Shown here: one piece after another, positions 60,811 to 64,000 of the stretch
How the letters are laid out: each line of letters starts with the position of its first letter
Numbering within the stretch: position 1 is the stretch's first letter
NCBI RefSeq assembly: GCF_009914755.1
Contig: NC_060931.1
Direction: 5' to 3' (one strand)
Source of the DNA: the human T2T-CHM13v2.0 reference genome, Homo sapiens
DNA: 64,000 nt
Position numbers and translations under genes: made by a program
The notes under the pieces: model-generated
What the model was told of the DNA's origin: nothing
The model's database searches: none
What the model saw: the letters and a program-made list of their open reading frames with translations, nothing else

Positions 60811-61264
60811 TGTCTCAGCCCAAAAGATTATTAGGCTGAAAAACAACTTCAGCAGTCTCTGGATACAAAATCAATGTGCAAAATACACTGAAATTTCTAT
60901 ACACCAACAAGAGTCAAGCCAAGAGCCAAATCACAAATGATCTCCCATTCACAATTTCTGTAAAAGAATAAAATACCTAGGAATACAGCTAACTAAGGAG
61001 GGGAAACATCTCTACAAGAAGAACTACAAACCACTGCTCAAATAAATCAGAGATGATTCAAACAAATGGAGAAACATTCCATGTTCATGGGTAGGAAGAA
61101 TCAATATCATTAAAATGGCCATACTTCCCAAAGCAATTTATAGATTCAATGCTATTCCCATTAAACTACCATTGATATTCTTCACAGAACTAGAAAAAAA
61201 TTATTTAAAAATTCATATGGAACCAAAAAAGAGCCTGAATAGACAAGGCAATCCTAACCAAAAA

Positions 61265-61315
<51 letters not shown>

Positions 61316-61941
61316 AAGGTGGAGGCATCAATCTGCCCCACTTCAAACTATACTACAGGTGACAGTAACCAAAACGGCATGGTACTGGTGCAAGAACAGA
61401 CAACAACCATTGGAACAGATGAGAGAACCCAGAAATTAGACTGCACACCTATAACTACCTGATCTTTGACAAACCTGATAAAAACAAGCAACAAGAAAAG
61501 AATTCCCTATTCAATAAATGGTGCTGGGATAACTGGCTAGACATATCCAGAAAATTGAAACTGGACTCCTTCCTTATATCACATACAGAAATTAACTCAA
61601 GATGAATTAGAGACTTAAATGTGAAACCACAAACTATGAAAACTCTGGGAGACAACCTTGGCAATACCACACAGGACGTAGCATGGGCAAAGATTTCATG
61701 ACAAAGATGCCAAAAGCAATTGCAACAACAACAAAATTGCAAATGGGATCTAATTTAACCAAAGAGCTTCTGCACACAAAATGGGAGGAAAATATTGCAT
61801 CCTATCAATCTGACAAAAGTCTAATAGCCAGAGTCTATAAGAAACATAAATTTATAAGAAAAAATAAACAACCCTATTAAAAAGTAGGCAAAGGACATGA
61901 AAGGCAAAGGACATGAACCGACACTTCTTAATAGAAGACAT
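60811..61941 (+). mobile_element. L1PA ORF2 segment, fused in opposite orientation to the preceding piece
   Basis: tgtctcagcccaaaag...agaagacata is collinear with ORF2 (MGKDFMTKMPKAIAT). Confidence 0.9.
61262..61313. repeat. (AAAT)13 microsatellite inside L1 ORF2
   Basis: Directly visible. Confidence 0.95.
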
Positions 61942-62062
61942 ATTGGGCTTAAGACTTAGGTCATCAGCTGATCGGTGCAGCATACTGCCATGGCACATGT
62001 TTACTTAGGTAACAAAGCTACCCATCCTGCACATGTACCCCAGAACCAAAAATGAAATAAGA
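61942..62062 (+). mobile_element. L1PA8-11-like 3' terminal stub
   Basis: ggtgcagcatactgccatggcacatgtttac...catcctgcacatgtaccccagaac. Confidence 0.8.
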
Positions 62063-63887
62063 AACTATCAAAGCATGTGCTTTCTAAGCCACTTTTACAT
62101 TTTTGTGATTTTTTTGTTTACTTCCTTCTTGTTTGTATTCTCAGGACAGAAGCTCCCATTTATACCTGAGTGTCATTTTAGAATTATAGGTTACATGCCA
62201 TTTGTGCTATTTATACTTTTGCTGTATTTCTAAGAAAAGACATGGAAGACTTATTTTTTGTTCTGCAAATAAGTTACAGATATCATTAATAGGCAAGGGA
62301 TACATTTTGAGCTATGAGTCCCATTTTGGTGTTTCGAATGTAATACCCAGAACACTGTCATTTATGTGAATGCTGGCATTGCTTTTCCCTGTAGTAGAAT
62401 GCTCACCAGGTGAAACTGATTCTTTTGGGGCAGCAAAAATATAGCTCTAAAAAGGTATATCAGCAAAGTACAGTTACAGTGCCAGCAGTTTTCACCCTCT
62501 GTGCTAAATACTGATTTTTTTATGCTTTATTTCCATTCCCATAATATGGACATTGATGGGATAGAGCTTACTGTTTTAAAACACTACCAACATAAAGTTT
62601 ATAAGCGACATTCTGTAAAATAAGATTTAACAGTGAAATCTACCACATAGCTTAGCAAAATTACTGCATTTATTTAATATAGCAAGAGTTACTATATATG
62701 CTAATTCACCATCAAAAGGTAAACCTCAACTCTTTTCAAATTGTATTAACTCTGCTTCAGTTATTCATTCTCATTCTCTTTTTACTTTTGTCAGTTTTGA
62801 GAAAGAAAAAGCCTAGAGGTATAATGGAGATAGCTGTGATTAAAAATGAAACCTAAAATATAATTCTAAAAACAAGTTTTCAACAGTATGTGAACACCAT
62901 AAAATATTATTTCCCTGAAGTGTGCTTGTCAAAATGTAAACATCAAAATCTAGGTGTTTCTTAAATCTATTTTGGATTTTTACTTCAAGACATCCAAAAT
63001 AATTATTTGTTGTCTTTGGAACTCAAAGAGTAACTTTTATGTTTTTGCTTTTCTACAAAAAGAAGTATTAAGGGAGGATTCGATATTGAACACATTTTCA
63101 TGATACATATTTTTAAAAAGATAAACTAATAAAATTCAATCATTCTTGTATACATAACTGTCATCATAATAAAAAGACAGGTGTAAATTTTAACCTTTTG
63201 CTTCTTTCTGCAAACATATCTTCTGACCAAAATCTGTTTTTCAAGAAAATATACATGAATTGGGCCCATTTTTGTCTTCTATAACTATTCTAACTACTAA
63301 TAGGTGGATTATTTGAGATTCTTTATACTTCCACAAAGAAGTTGCATATGAAAGTTAGTACTACTGATTAACTTGACATCTGGCAATGTCTCCTGTTATT
63401 ACCATTGCAACTTGACTCTAAAACACTCTAGTAACAAAGAATAATATGAAAACTTAAAATAGAATTATAAACTAGAACTTAAAGAAAATACTATTCTAAT
63501 GCCAGAAGAGATTTTTTAAATTTCAATGCCAACCAATTAGATTAAATAAATGGAAGTACCTTTATGCCAGTGAAAATTAAATTTTATACTAGGCAGAAAA
63601 CTTGTCTCACTTCTCTCTACCTTATAAGGTATACTGCATGACTGACTGCTGTTTTGTGCATAAGATTTGTACCCCCCCTCCCATTAGAAACTCTCATCCT
63701 CCATTTCGTCAAAAACTACAATTTTTGGAAAATAATTGGGTAGAGGTGTTTGGGTTGGTAGTGACTCATTTTTGAATCTCAACTGGTGAAATCCTAAGAG
63801 CTATTACCAGAGGGAGTGGAAAAATGGAAAAAACCTTATAGTTGAACATTTCGGAAACAGCACTTAATACATTTAGGGCACTGTGAA

Positions 63888-64000
63888 TGAATAGCATAAT
63901 ATTTAAGAACACTGGTTTAGTTAGGAATCAGAAAGTCCTAGATTTTGATCCTTAATTTTCAAATTGCTATTTATTTGGTCACATTATTTACTCAGTATAT
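63888..64000 (+). mobile_element. MIR 5' part (runs off the window)
   Basis: tagcataatatttaagaacactgg...ggaatcagaaagtcctagattttgatcct. Confidence 0.55.

Overview
AT-rich, CpG-depleted, non-coding DNA from a primate, almost certainly a great ape or human (AluY, L1PA2 and L1PA3 are present; the species cannot be fixed by eye). A large share of the window is transposable-element remains. LINE-1: a near-full-length old L1MA (minus, ~5510-15655) carrying a 5'-inverted, twin-primed L1PA3-like insertion; a nested L1MA / L1M 5'-end / Tigger1 block; a young 1-kb L1PA2 with a perfect 15-bp TSD; and many older L1 pieces. Also present are Alu/FLAM/FAM SINEs, L2 and MIR relics, MaLR and ERV solo LTRs, hAT elements and microsatellites. 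No cellular protein-coding gene, intact RNA gene, CRISPR array or CpG island is recognisable. Every ORF with a recognisable product is a broken piece of L1 ORF1/ORF2 or Tigger1 transposase. I found no convincing evidence for a new biological system. The best second-look items are small mechanistic footprints: an unidentified 56-bp TSD-flanked retro-insertion, a GC-rich 13-bp perfect hairpin and a scrambled AluY that both look like template-switch products, an inversion-created ATG-to-RT ORF, a close inverted AluY pair, and two candidate plus-strand exons. Repeat subfamily names come from remembered consensus sequences and need RepeatMasker/Dfam confirmation; boundaries of old elements are approximate.
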